Below are positions 30,896-40,200 of a stretch of 64,000 nt of DNA, piece after piece. Positions within the stretch are counted from its first letter, which is position 1. Each line of letters starts with the position of its first letter. The notes under the pieces were generated by a model. The model ran no database searches. It saw nothing but the letters and a program-made list of their open reading frames with translations, and was not told the origin of the DNA. The DNA is from an uncultured Acidobacteriota bacterium (GTDB taxonomy: Bacteria; Acidobacteriota; Thermoanaerobaculia; Multivoradales; SZUA-115): NCBI GenBank assembly GCA_963805975.1, contig CAWDVR010000006.1, positions 224,001-288,000 of the forward strand, in the 5' to 3' direction. A program made the translations under genes and the position numbers.

Positions 30896-32244
30896 GCGCT
30901 TCGCAGGCGCGGGACCTGCTGCGCTCGGCCCTCGCGGGAGCGCGTGGCCAGGGCGTCGCGGGGATCTTCAGCCGCGGCGCCACCGGCACTCTGATCGTCA
31001 CCGGCGCCGGCGCCCTGGTCGGGGTCGGCGTGCAGATCCTCCTGGCACGCTGGCTCGGCGTCCGCGAGTGGGGCTACTACGCCTTCTCGTGGACGCTGCT
31101 CAACGTGCTGGTGCTGCTGGGCAGGCTCGGTTTCGACACTGCGGAGATCCGCTTCGTGGCCGCCTACCGCGTGCAGCAGAGCTGGCCGCTCCTCGCCGGG
31201 CTGCTGCGCTACGGGGACCGGGTGGTGCTCGCCGCCAGCCTCGGGGTCGCGGCGCTCGCCGCGGGAGTGATCCTCGTGCTCTCGCCGCGCCTCGAGCCCG
31301 GCCTCACCGCCACCCTCCTCGTCTCCTGCCTGGCGCTCCCGGGCTACAGCCTCCTCGGCCTGCGCTGCTCGGCGCTCCAGGGCCTGCGCCGCGTGGTGCT
31401 GGCGCGGCTGCCGGAGGTGGTGCTGCGTCCACCGCTCACGGCGGCGCTGGCCGGCGCGATGGTGCTCGCCTGGGGCGGCCTCACGGCCTCGCGGGCCATG
31501 GCCGCGACCGGCGCGGCGATCCTGGTCTCGGCGGCGGTCGGCCACGCCCTCCTGGCGCGCAGGCTGCCGGAAGCCGTGAAGACCTCGCCCCCCGAGGTCC
31601 AGGGCCGCGAGTGGGTCCGCGTCTCGCTGCCGCTGCTGCTGGTCTCCGGCATGCGGCTGCTGCTCGGCCAGGCGGACATCCTGCTGGTGGGCATGCTGAT
31701 CGGCACCACCGAGGCCGGCATCTACACCGCGGCCTCGCGCCTCTCCCACCTCATCACCTTCGGCCAGAACGCCGCCAACGGCATCGTCGCGCCGATGATC
31801 GCCGAGCTGCACGCGGAAGGGGAGAAAGCCAAGCTGCAGCGCCTGGTGACGCTCGCCTCCTGGGCCTCGACGCTCTTCGCCCTGGTCGCCGCGCTGGCGC
31901 TGGTGCTGGGCGGCAAGCTGCTGCTCTCGCTCTTCGGCAAGGACTTCGTGGGCTCCTGGACCGTGCTCGCCATCCTCGCCGCCGGCCAGGTGGTCAACGC
32001 GGCGAGCGGCCCGGTCGGCTATTTGCTGAACATGACCGGCCACCAGGACACCAACGCCCGCATCCTCACCTGGACGGTGGGCTTGAACGTCGCCCTCGCC
32101 ATCCCCGCCATCCTCGCCTGGGGCGCGGCCGGCGCCTCGGCCGCCACCGGCCTCCTGATCGCGGTCAAGAACCTCTGGACCTGGTGGGAGGTACGCCGCC
32201 GCCTGGGGATCAACTCGTCGATCGTGGCCCTGGGGGCGGCGTGA
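30892..32244 (+). CDS. Wzx-type flippase
   Basis: ~12 TM, LARWLG...GYY, D.LLVG....EAGIY..A, LNMTGHQ. Confidence 0.85.
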   Translation: MSASQARDLLRSALAGARGQGVAGIFSRGATGTLIVTGAGALVGVGVQILLARWLGVREWGYYAFSWTLLNVLVLLGRLGFDTAEIRFVAAYRVQQSWPLLAGLLRYGDRVVLAASLGVAALAAGVILVLSPRLEPGLTATLLVSCLALPGYSLLGLRCSALQGLRRVVLARLPEVVLRPPLTAALAGAMVLAWGGLTASRAMAATGAAILVSAAVGHALLARRLPEAVKTSPPEVQGREWVRVSLPLLLVSGMRLLLGQADILLVGMLIGTTEAGIYTAASRLSHLITFGQNAANGIVAPMIAELHAEGEKAKLQRLVTLASWASTLFALVAALALVLGGKLLLSLFGKDFVGSWTVLAILAAGQVVNAASGPVGYLLNMTGHQDTNARILTWTVGLNVALAIPAILAWGAAGASAATGLLIAVKNLWTWWEVRRRLGINSSIVALGAA

Positions 32245-33107
32245 GCCCACCATTGCCCAACGCCATCCTCGGCGGCGCCCAGAAGTCGGGCACCACCACG
32301 CTCCACCGCCTGCTCGAGACCCACCCGCAGATCCACTTCCCGCCGCGGCCCCAGGAGATCCACTACTTCGATCTCGAGCGGAACTTCGCGCGCGGCCTCT
32401 CCTGGTACGAGCGGTTCTTCGCCGGCTGGCAGGGCGAGGCGGTAGTGGCCCAGACCTCGCCGCTCTACCTCTACGAGCCGCGGGCCGCGGCGCGCATCGC
32501 CGCCGCCCTGCCGGACGCGCGGTTGATCTTCCTGCTGCGCAACCCGATCGATCGCGCCTACTCGCACTACTGGCACCAGGTGCGCTACGGCTACGAGCGC
32601 CTGAGCTTCGAGGAGGCGCTGGCGGCCGAGCCCGAGCGCCTGCAAGGCGGCGAGGCGGCGCGCCGTCACTTCTCGTATCTCGACCGCGGGCGCTACGGCC
32701 GGCAGCTCTCCCGCTATCTGGACGTGATGCCGCGCGAGCGCATCCTGGTCGTGCTCTACGACGACCTCGCCCGCGATCCGCTCGCCGTGGCACGGCGTGC
32801 TGCCGGCTTTCTCGGCGTCTCCGAGGAGTGGGACGTCCCGGCCGCCGCGGCGGCCGAGCGCCACAATCCGGCCATGCTGCCGCGCTGGCCGGTGGTGCAG
32901 CGCGCGCTGCTTCCTCTGCGTGGTATTCCCGGCTTGGCGCGGCTGGTGGACGGCCTCAACCTGCGCCGCGCCCGCTACCCGGCCATGGCCCCGGCGACGC
33001 GCGCGCGGCTGCACGAAGAGCTGGCGGGAGAGACCGCGGAGCTGCGGCGGCTCGCGGGCCTCGAGGCGGCGCACTGGTTCGAGCCGGCGGCGGGAGGCCC
33101 CCCCTGA
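32241..33107 (+). CDS. PAPS-dependent sulfotransferase (heparan N-/3-O-sulfotransferase-like motifs)
   Basis: 5'-PSB GAQKSGTT, EIHYFD, 3'-PB LRNPIDRAYSHY; GTGA overlap start. Confidence 0.9.
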   Translation: MSPPLPNAILGGAQKSGTTTLHRLLETHPQIHFPPRPQEIHYFDLERNFARGLSWYERFFAGWQGEAVVAQTSPLYLYEPRAAARIAAALPDARLIFLLRNPIDRAYSHYWHQVRYGYERLSFEEALAAEPERLQGGEAARRHFSYLDRGRYGRQLSRYLDVMPRERILVVLYDDLARDPLAVARRAAGFLGVSEEWDVPAAAAAERHNPAMLPRWPVVQRALLPLRGIPGLARLVDGLNLRRARYPAMAPATRARLHEELAGETAELRRLAGLEAAHWFEPAAGGPP

Positions 33108-34129
33108 ACGAGCCCGCGCCCCGCGAGCGTTTCTACGTGGTGGGTGGGCAGCAGCGGCCGGACGCGCTGTCGCGGCCCGAGCACGAGCGCCACCAGAAGG
33201 GCCTGGTGCTCGAGGTGGCGGCGCCCGGCGGCGCCTGCCGCGGCCTGGTCGAGTACGTCTCCCCGGCGGAGGCCATCCCCGACGAGCAGCCCTATGCGAT
33301 CCTGTTCAAGGCGGCGACGCTCCGCCAGGGCCTGCTCTACGCCTGCACCCAGACCGAGGTCCTGGTCTACGACACTGCCACCTGGCGGCGCGTGGCCTAC
33401 CTCTCGCACCCGTGGTTCAACGACGTCCACCACGTGCTGCCCCGGCCGGGCGGCTCGCTGCTGGTGGCGGTGACCGGCCTCGACCTGGTGATGGAGCTCG
33501 ATCCCGAAGGAGGGGTGCTGCGCACCTGGGGCGTGCTGGGGCAGGATCCCTGGCAGCGCTTCGATCGCACGGTGGACTATCGCAAGGTGCCGACCACCAA
33601 GCCCCACGCATCGCACCCGAACTTCGTGTTCGAGGCGGACGGCGAGATCTGGGTCACCCGCTTCGAGCAGCAGGACGCCGCCTGCCTGACCGATCCACGG
33701 CGGGTGATCCCGATCGGCGTCGAGCGCCCGCACGACGGCATCGTCCTCGGCAGCCGGGTCTACTTCACCACCGTGGACGGGCACGTGGTGATCGCCGACC
33801 TCGCCGGCGACCGGGTGGAGCGCGTGGTCGATCTCAACGCCATCGCCGGCAGCCCTCTGGCCCTGGGCTGGTGCCGGGGCCTCGCCGTGCTCGACGGCGG
33901 GAGGCGCCTGGTGGTGGGCTTCTCGCGCCTGCGGCCGACGCGCCTCAGGGAGAACGTGCGCTGGGTGAAGCACCGCCTGGGCCTGCGCGCGACCCCCGGC
34001 AACCTGCCGAGCCGCATCGCCTGCTTCGACCTCGAGGCCGGACGGCTGCTGTGGGAGGAGAACCTGGAGCAGCACGGGCTCTCGGTGCTGTTCTCGATCC
34101 ACGCGCTGGCCGGGGAAGCGGGCGCGTGA
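33104..34129 (+). CDS. Conserved hypothetical beta-propeller protein of the sulfotransferase cluster
   Basis: His-rich motifs NDVHH, SHPN, PHDG, WCRGL. Inferred CTG start at 33104 (GGGAGG 6 nt upstream, CTGA overlap). Confidence 0.7.
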   Translation: MNEPAPRERFYVVGGQQRPDALSRPEHERHQKGLVLEVAAPGGACRGLVEYVSPAEAIPDEQPYAILFKAATLRQGLLYACTQTEVLVYDTATWRRVAYLSHPWFNDVHHVLPRPGGSLLVAVTGLDLVMELDPEGGVLRTWGVLGQDPWQRFDRTVDYRKVPTTKPHASHPNFVFEADGEIWVTRFEQQDAACLTDPRRVIPIGVERPHDGIVLGSRVYFTTVDGHVVIADLAGDRVERVVDLNAIAGSPLALGWCRGLAVLDGGRRLVVGFSRLRPTRLRENVRWVKHRLGLRATPGNLPSRIACFDLEAGRLLWEENLEQHGLSVLFSIHALAGEAGA

Positions 34130-35100
34130 GCGGCGCACAGAGGGTCCTCGCGCAGAAGGTGATCTTCATCGCCGGCGCGGGCCGCAGCGGCTCGACGCTG
34201 CTCGACATCGTGCTCGGCAACCATCCCGAGATCGCGAGCGTCGGCGAGCTCTCGAAGCTGGTGCCTTCGGCGCTCCTCCGGCGCGAGCACTGCGCCTGCG
34301 GCCTGCGCGGCGACGAGTGCCCGTTCTGGCGCGAGGTGGTCGAGCTCTGGCTGGGGGAGGGCGCCGGGCGCGCCGAGCGGGAGCAGTATCTCGCCCTCGA
34401 GGAGCGCTTCGAGCGCGCCCGCCGCTGGCTCCGGCTCACGGCCGAGCGCCGGGCGGTGGGACGGGGCCGGCCCTCGCCGCTCTTCCTCCGCTATGCCGAG
34501 CAGACGGCGGCGCTCTTTGGCGCCGTGGCGCGGGTCTCCGGCAAGCCGGTGGTCGTCGACTCGTCCAAGAACCCGGCGCGCGCCTTCGCCCTCTCGCTGG
34601 TGCCGGGGATCGAGCTCGCCGTGATCCACCTGGTGCGGGACCCGCGCGGTGTCGCCTTCTCGTACCAGAAGTCCTTCGCCAGGGACGAACGTGGGGGCGT
34701 GCAGCACGACATCATGGCCCTGCCCGTGTGGCGCACGGCCCTCGCGTGGCGCTTCGCCAACGCGGCGATCGAGCGCCTGCTGGCCGGCCTGCCGCCCGGC
34801 CGCGGGCGGCGGCTGCGCTACGAAGACCTGGTGGCCGACCCGCGGCAGGCACTGGCCGGCCTCGGGCCGGTGCTCGGCGTGAGCCTCGCGGACCTCGGCG
34901 AGCGGCTGGCGGCGGGCGAGGAGATGGCGGTCGGCCACACGATCGCCGGCAGCCGCCTGCGGATGAAGGGGCGCGTGCAGCTCGCCGCCGACGCGGAGTG
35001 GCGCTCGGCGATGCCGGCTGCAGCCCGGCGCACCGTCGTCCGCCTGGCCGGCGGCGCGCTGACGAGATACGGTTATGCCGCCGAGAGGGGGGACCGATGA
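34126..35100 (+). CDS. PAPS-dependent sulfotransferase (carbohydrate 6-O-sulfotransferase-like motifs)
   Basis: GAGRSGST, CACG..CPFW, VDSSK, HLVRDPRGVAFS, RYEDL. Confidence 0.9.
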   Translation: MSGAQRVLAQKVIFIAGAGRSGSTLLDIVLGNHPEIASVGELSKLVPSALLRREHCACGLRGDECPFWREVVELWLGEGAGRAEREQYLALEERFERARRWLRLTAERRAVGRGRPSPLFLRYAEQTAALFGAVARVSGKPVVVDSSKNPARAFALSLVPGIELAVIHLVRDPRGVAFSYQKSFARDERGGVQHDIMALPVWRTALAWRFANAAIERLLAGLPPGRGRRLRYEDLVADPRQALAGLGPVLGVSLADLGERLAAGEEMAVGHTIAGSRLRMKGRVQLAADAEWRSAMPAAARRTVVRLAGGALTRYGYAAERGDR

Positions 35101-36404
35101 GCACGGCGAGCGCCGGCTGGCCGGAGGAGAGGCGGGTCTTCGCGCCCTGGCTGATCCAGGCGGCGCTCCTCCTCTACTTCGACCTGATCTTTCTCGTGAG
35201 CTTCACCCAGGCGGAGCGCTGGCTGGGGGCCGAGGGGCTCCTGCCCGTCGATCCCACGCAGCTCTTTCCGCTGCTCGCCGCGCCGCTCCTGGCACTGGTG
35301 GCGGTGCAGGAGATCGAAGCCCGCCGGCCGCGCCTGACGCTCCACCACGCGGTGGCCGCGAACGTGGCCATCGTCGGGCCGTTCGTGGCGCTGGCGGTCT
35401 TCCACCTGCTCGCGACCCTGCGCCCCGAGGCCTATTGGGGCGAGGGCATCGGCACGGTGCTGCTGGTGCCCTACGACTGTGCGATCTTTCTCGTGGCGCT
35501 GGTGCTCGGCCTGTGCCCGCCCTTTGCCCGCCGGCTGCGCTGGCTCGGCACGCTGGCCGTGCTGGTGCTGGCGGCGACCATCGCCGTCGACTTCGCCCAG
35601 CCCGCCTTCTTCGCCAAGATCCCGTCGCGGCCGGCAGGGATCGCGCGCGACGCCAACACCGCGGCCTTCCTGCTGGTGCTCGGGGCGGGTCTCGCGCTCT
35701 CCTACCGGCGCCTGGAGCGCCGCGACCTCGGCGTGCTGGCGGTGGCCGGGCTGGGAGTGGCGGCGACCCTCTCCCGCGCCGGCCTGCTGCTGTTCTGCGG
35801 GCTGCTCGCGATCTACGCCCTGAAGCTGGTGCCGCCGGAGCGGCTGGCCGCCCTGCGTCTCGGGAGGCTGCTCGGGCTGGGGGCGATGGCGTTGGCGCTG
35901 GCCGCGGGGTTTGGCCTCGCCGCCTTCCTGGTGAACCCGGACAGCGGGGTCTTCTCGCTGCCCGCGGCGCAGGCGCGGCTCGAGATGCTGACCGGCAAGG
36001 TGAGCTTCCTGGCCGGTCAGAACGAGCGCCTGGGCCTGATGCAGAGCTACTGGCAGGAGATCCTGCGGGCGCCGTTCCTCGGCCGCGGCGCCGCTTTCAG
36101 CTACGCCCAGCCCCAGGGGCCGCACGTGCGCTACCTCCAGGAGTGGGTAAACGCCGGGCTGCCGGCGCTCATCGCCTACGTGGCCTTCCTGGGCGGCGCG
36201 TTCCTCGCCTTCCGCCGGCGCCACTGCGAGCGGGGCACTGTCGCCGTGCTGGTGATCGCCGCCGGCAGCTTCTTCTCCCACGGCATCCTCGAGCAGCGGG
36301 GCGTGCCCATCGTGCTCGGTCTGCTCGCCTCCGCCAGCCTGCAACGGCTCCAGCCCGAGGACTGTGGGTCGGGCGGGGCGGGCCCGCTTCCGCCGGAGCC
36401 GTGA
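35097..36404 (+). CDS. Wzy polymerase / O-antigen ligase-family membrane protein
   Basis: Multi-TM, R.AG...DAN, TLSRAG, P.LGRG, GPH. Confidence 0.8.
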   Translation: MSTASAGWPEERRVFAPWLIQAALLLYFDLIFLVSFTQAERWLGAEGLLPVDPTQLFPLLAAPLLALVAVQEIEARRPRLTLHHAVAANVAIVGPFVALAVFHLLATLRPEAYWGEGIGTVLLVPYDCAIFLVALVLGLCPPFARRLRWLGTLAVLVLAATIAVDFAQPAFFAKIPSRPAGIARDANTAAFLLVLGAGLALSYRRLERRDLGVLAVAGLGVAATLSRAGLLLFCGLLAIYALKLVPPERLAALRLGRLLGLGAMALALAAGFGLAAFLVNPDSGVFSLPAAQARLEMLTGKVSFLAGQNERLGLMQSYWQEILRAPFLGRGAAFSYAQPQGPHVRYLQEWVNAGLPALIAYVAFLGGAFLAFRRRHCERGTVAVLVIAAGSFFSHGILEQRGVPIVLGLLASASLQRLQPEDCGSGGAGPLPPEP

Positions 36405-36407
36405 GCG

Positions 36408-37511
36408 GTGGGTGAGCGGGTCGCGGTCTTCCTGCCCTCGCTGCGCGGCGGAGGCGCGGAGCGGGCGGCGCTGACCCTGGTCCACCAGTTGGCGGAGCGC
36501 GGCTTCGCGGTCGACCTGCTGCTGGCCTCGGCCACCGGGGCCTATCGCGAGGGCGTGGCCCCTACCGTGCGGGTGCACGACCTCGCCGCGCCGCGCGTCA
36601 GCCAGACCGTGCCGCGGCTCGCGGCCTATCTGCGGCGCGAGCGGCCCCGGGCCGCGCTCTCGACACTCACCCACGCCAACCTCGCGCTGCTCGCGGCCCG
36701 GCGCCTGGCGGGAGCGCCCACCCGTGTGGTAGTGCGGGAGGGCAACACCGTGTCTGCCGCCGCGGCCGCCTCGCACCGGCTGCGCGAGCGCGTGCTCCCG
36801 ACCTGGGTCCGTTGGCTCTACCCGTGGGCGGACCTGGTGCTCGCCAACTCCGAGGGCGTGGCGGCGGACTTGGTGGACGCCCTCGGCCTGCCCGCCGCCA
36901 AGGTCCGTGTGCTCCCCAACCCGGTCGAGGTCGCCGCGGTGCGAAGGGCCGCCCTCGCGTCTCCTGCGCTGCCGGCCCCCGCGGACGGCCTGCCGCTCGT
37001 GCTGGCGGCCGGCCGCCTGGTGCCGCAGAAGGGCTTCGACGTCCTGATCCGCGCCTTCCGGCGCCTGCGGCAAGCCCGCCCGGCGCGGCTGGTGATCCTG
37101 GGCGAAGGCAGCGAACGGCCGGCGCTCGAGGCGCTGGTACGCGATTTCGGCCTCGAGGCCGAGGTCAGCCTGCCGGGCTTTCTTCCCAACCCGCACGCGG
37201 TGATGGGCGGGGCCTCGGTGTTCGTGCTCTCCTCGCGCTGGGAGGGCCTTCCCAACGTGCTGCTCGAGGCCCTGGCGTTGGGCGTGCCCGTGGTGGCCAC
37301 GGACTGCCCGTCGGGCCCGCGGGAGATCCTGGACGGCGGGCGTTTCGGCCGTCTGGTGCCGGTGGGGGACGAGACGGCGCTGGCGGCGGCGATCGAGGCC
37401 ACGCTCGCGGCGCCGCCGGACCGCGAGGTGCTGCGACTCCGTGCCGATTCCTACGACGTGGAGCACGTGATGCCGCGCGTCCTCGAAGCGCTGGGCCTGG
37501 GGAAGGTATGA
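36408..37511 (+). CDS. GT4 glycosyltransferase
   Basis: GGGAER, GRLVPQKG, SRWEGLPNVLLEA. Confidence 0.92.
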   Translation: MGERVAVFLPSLRGGGAERAALTLVHQLAERGFAVDLLLASATGAYREGVAPTVRVHDLAAPRVSQTVPRLAAYLRRERPRAALSTLTHANLALLAARRLAGAPTRVVVREGNTVSAAAAASHRLRERVLPTWVRWLYPWADLVLANSEGVAADLVDALGLPAAKVRVLPNPVEVAAVRRAALASPALPAPADGLPLVLAAGRLVPQKGFDVLIRAFRRLRQARPARLVILGEGSERPALEALVRDFGLEAEVSLPGFLPNPHAVMGGASVFVLSSRWEGLPNVLLEALALGVPVVATDCPSGPREILDGGRFGRLVPVGDETALAAAIEATLAAPPDREVLRLRADSYDVEHVMPRVLEALGLGKV

Positions 37512-38615
37512 GGATCCTCTATCTCACCACCGGGCTCGGCATCGGCGGCGCCGAGCGCGAGCTGGTGCAGCTCGCCCGCGGTTTCGCGGCCCGCGGCCAC
37601 GCAGTAGAGGTCCTCTCGCTGCTGCCGTTGACCGGCTTTGCGGAGGAGCTCGAAGAGGCGGGTATCCCGGTGTCTTCGCTCGGCCTGCGGCGTGGCGTGC
37701 CGTCACCCGCCGCGCTCTGGCGCCTGCGGGCGGAACTGTTCGCCCGCAGGCCGCAGGTGCTCCACAGCTTCATGGTGCACGCCAACCTGCTGGCGCGTGT
37801 GGTCCGCCGGCTGGCACCGGTGCCGGTGCTGATCTCGACCGCGCAGAACACCTTCGAGGGCGGGCGGCTGCGGGAGCTGCTCCTGCGCCGGACGGCGCGC
37901 TGGGCCGATCTCACGACCCAGGTGAGCCGCGCCGGCTTCGAGCGCTACCGGGAGCGCAAGCTCGCGCCGCCCGAGCGGCTGGAGCTGGTGCCCAACTCGG
38001 TGGACGTCGAAGGCTTCGCCCCGGACCCGCTGGCCCGCGTCGCGGTGCGGGAGGAGCTCTCGGCCGATGGCCGCTTCGTGTTCCTCGCCGTCGGCCGGCT
38101 CGAACCGCAGAAGGACTATCCGACTCTCCTCACCGCCTTCTCGCGGTTGGCGGTCGGGGCACCGGACGCCGTGCTCTGGATCGCCGGCCAGGGCCCGCAG
38201 CAGGCCGAGCTCGAAGCCGAGACCCGGCGGCTCGGCCTTACCGACCGCGTCCGTTTCCTCGGCCTGCGCCGCGACATCGCCCGCGTGCTCAACGGCGCCG
38301 ACGCCTACGTGCTGTCCTCGCGCTGGGAGGGCACACCGCTCGCGCTGCTCGAAGCCCAGGCCACCGGCCTGCCGGCGGTGGCGACGAACGTGGGCGGCAA
38401 CGCCGAGGTGATCGCCGAAGGCCTCTCGGGCCTCCTGGTTCCACCGGCCTCGCCCGAGGCGCTCGCCAGCAGCTCTGCTGGCCCTGGCGCGCCTTTCTGT
38501 GCCGGAGCGCCAAGCGATGGGGGAGAGCGCCAGGCGACGCGTGGCCGAGCTCTACGGCCTGCCGGCCACGCTGGCGCGGTGGGAGGCGATCTACCGGCGG
38601 CTGCTGGGCGCGTAG
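37508..38615 (+). CDS. GT4 glycosyltransferase with an apparent frameshift near 38468
   Basis: GGAER, GRLEPQKD, SRWEGTP..LLEA. The canonical C-terminus AALLALARLS...MGESARRRVAELY...WEAIYRRLLGA* is in the next frame, ending TAG 38613-38615. Confidence 0.85.
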
Positions 38616-38623
38616 GCTCCGCT

Positions 38624-39139
38624 TCAGCCCGGGTCGGATTCGTCGCGGGCCCTGCGGTCTTCGGCGATCTGATAGGCAAACTTGAACAGCAGGCAGACGG
38701 CGAAGAAGAACGTTGTCGGCATTCTCAAAGCGTCCAGCAACGAGTCGAACCAGGGCCGATCGATGTCGACCCGCGGCGACTGCAGGCTGACGATCAGCAT
38801 CGATGCCGCCAGGCAGAGCAGCGCTCCTGCAAGGCTCGCCAGGGTGCCTGTCCAGAGGAACTTCAAGGTCCTCCTCGCCGCTCTCTGCTTCTGGCGCCGG
38901 GCGAGGAGGACCTCGAGGTTCGCGCCGCACGAAGGGCAGGCGTGGCTCTGCGGAGCGGCGCCGGCCTTTCGGCCCCGCCATCGCCGGCGGACTTCCACCG
39001 ACTCGAAAGCCGGAGCGCCGCACTCCGGGCACGCGAGAGGCGGCAGGGGCGGAGGGATCTGCCGTGTGAACCGCTTGCGCCAGGAAGGCCGGTCCGGCCC
39101 GGGGCTGTAGGGGCCGCTGGTTTGGGCAGAGGTCGTCAT
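38624..39139 (-). CDS. Hypothetical membrane protein with two CxxC motifs and two TM helices
   Basis: ATG 39139 with a GAGG upstream; CPECG...CPSCG followed by two hydrophobic segments. Confidence 0.55.
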   Translation of the reverse strand: MTTSAQTSGPYSPGPDRPSWRKRFTRQIPPPLPPLACPECGAPAFESVEVRRRWRGRKAGAAPQSHACPSCGANLEVLLARRQKQRAARRTLKFLWTGTLASLAGALLCLAASMLIVSLQSPRVDIDRPWFDSLLDALRMPTTFFFAVCLLFKFAYQIAEDRRARDESDPG

Positions 39140-39309
39140 CCTCGGCGTCCTCAGAGCGAAGTGCGGCCTACGATACCGCCGTTCGGAGGTGAGCCGATCG
39201 GAACGCGGCGAGAGCGGCTCGCCTGCGCCTGCGGCAGCGTGCCAGAATCCCGGTCTCCAGGCAGACGCGCTGCCGACCGATCACCACCGCCCGCCCCTCA
39301 CTCTCCGCC

Positions 39310-40200
39310 ATGTCGCTCGAGCGCCCCACCGTCCGCGAGGCCCTGCTTGCCCGCGATGGCGGAGGGGAGGCTCGCCGCGAAGCCATCGAGGAGAGCTTCT
39401 TCCGCCGCCTGCGCCTGCCGGACGGGGTGACGAAGCGCACCCGCCGCGGCCGGCTCACGGACCTCGACACACTTCTGGCGGAGCACCTGCCGCGTGGCCG
39501 GCGGCTGGAGCTGATGGACGTCGCGGTCTCCTCGGGCGTCACCACGCTCGACTGGGCCGCGAGCCTGCGGCGCGCCGGGTTCGACTTTCGCCTCGTCGCC
39601 GGGGACGCCGCGCCCTCGGCCTGGCTGCTCTCCTTCGGGAGGCGCATCGAGGTGCTGGTGGACGGCGCCGGCCGGCCGCTCCAGTACGACCTCTTCGGCC
39701 GCGCCGTGCCGAGCACGGCACCCGGGCCGCTCGCCGTGCTGCCCTGGCTGGGCCGCCTCCTCACCCGGCTCGCCCTGGCCTGGGACGGCGACCTCCGGCG
39801 ATCGCTGGCCGAGGGCCGCGAGGTGCGAGGCAGGAGGCCGGTGCGCAGCCAGCGCGTCGCCCTGGTGGTGCCGGAGCTGCTGGCGGATCCGGCGATCGAG
39901 CTGGTGAAGGACGATCTCCTCGCCGTGACCGAAGACCCCTTCACCGGCCGCTTCGTGGCCCTGCGCGCCGCCAATCTGCTCAACCGCGGCTACTTCACGG
40001 AGGAGCAGCTCGGCCGCATGCTGTCGCGCCTCAGCGGACGGCTCGAGCCCGGGGGGCTCCTCGCCGTCTGCCGTACCGAGGAGGACGATACGAACCACGC
40101 CACGGTCTTCCGGCGGGGAGACGGCGGCCTGGAGCCGGTCGCGAGGCTGGGGCGCGGCTCCGAGGTGGAAGACCTGGCCGGGAGCGTCAGGCTCTCCTAG
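39310..40200 (+). CDS. Hypothetical class I SAM-methyltransferase-like protein
   Basis: LMDVAVSSG.TT (motif I-like), RAANLLNRGYF, L.PGGLLAV. Confidence 0.6.
   Translation: MSLERPTVREALLARDGGGEARREAIEESFFRRLRLPDGVTKRTRRGRLTDLDTLLAEHLPRGRRLELMDVAVSSGVTTLDWAASLRRAGFDFRLVAGDAAPSAWLLSFGRRIEVLVDGAGRPLQYDLFGRAVPSTAPGPLAVLPWLGRLLTRLALAWDGDLRRSLAEGREVRGRRPVRSQRVALVVPELLADPAIELVKDDLLAVTEDPFTGRFVALRAANLLNRGYFTEEQLGRMLSRLSGRLEPGGLLAVCRTEEDDTNHATVFRRGDGGLEPVARLGRGSEVEDLAGSVRLS

Noticed and set aside
36812-39430. 872-aa ORF as a giant glycosyltransferase
   Set aside because: It is a composite of a shadow frame, the true GT4 (from 37508) and post-frameshift read-through.
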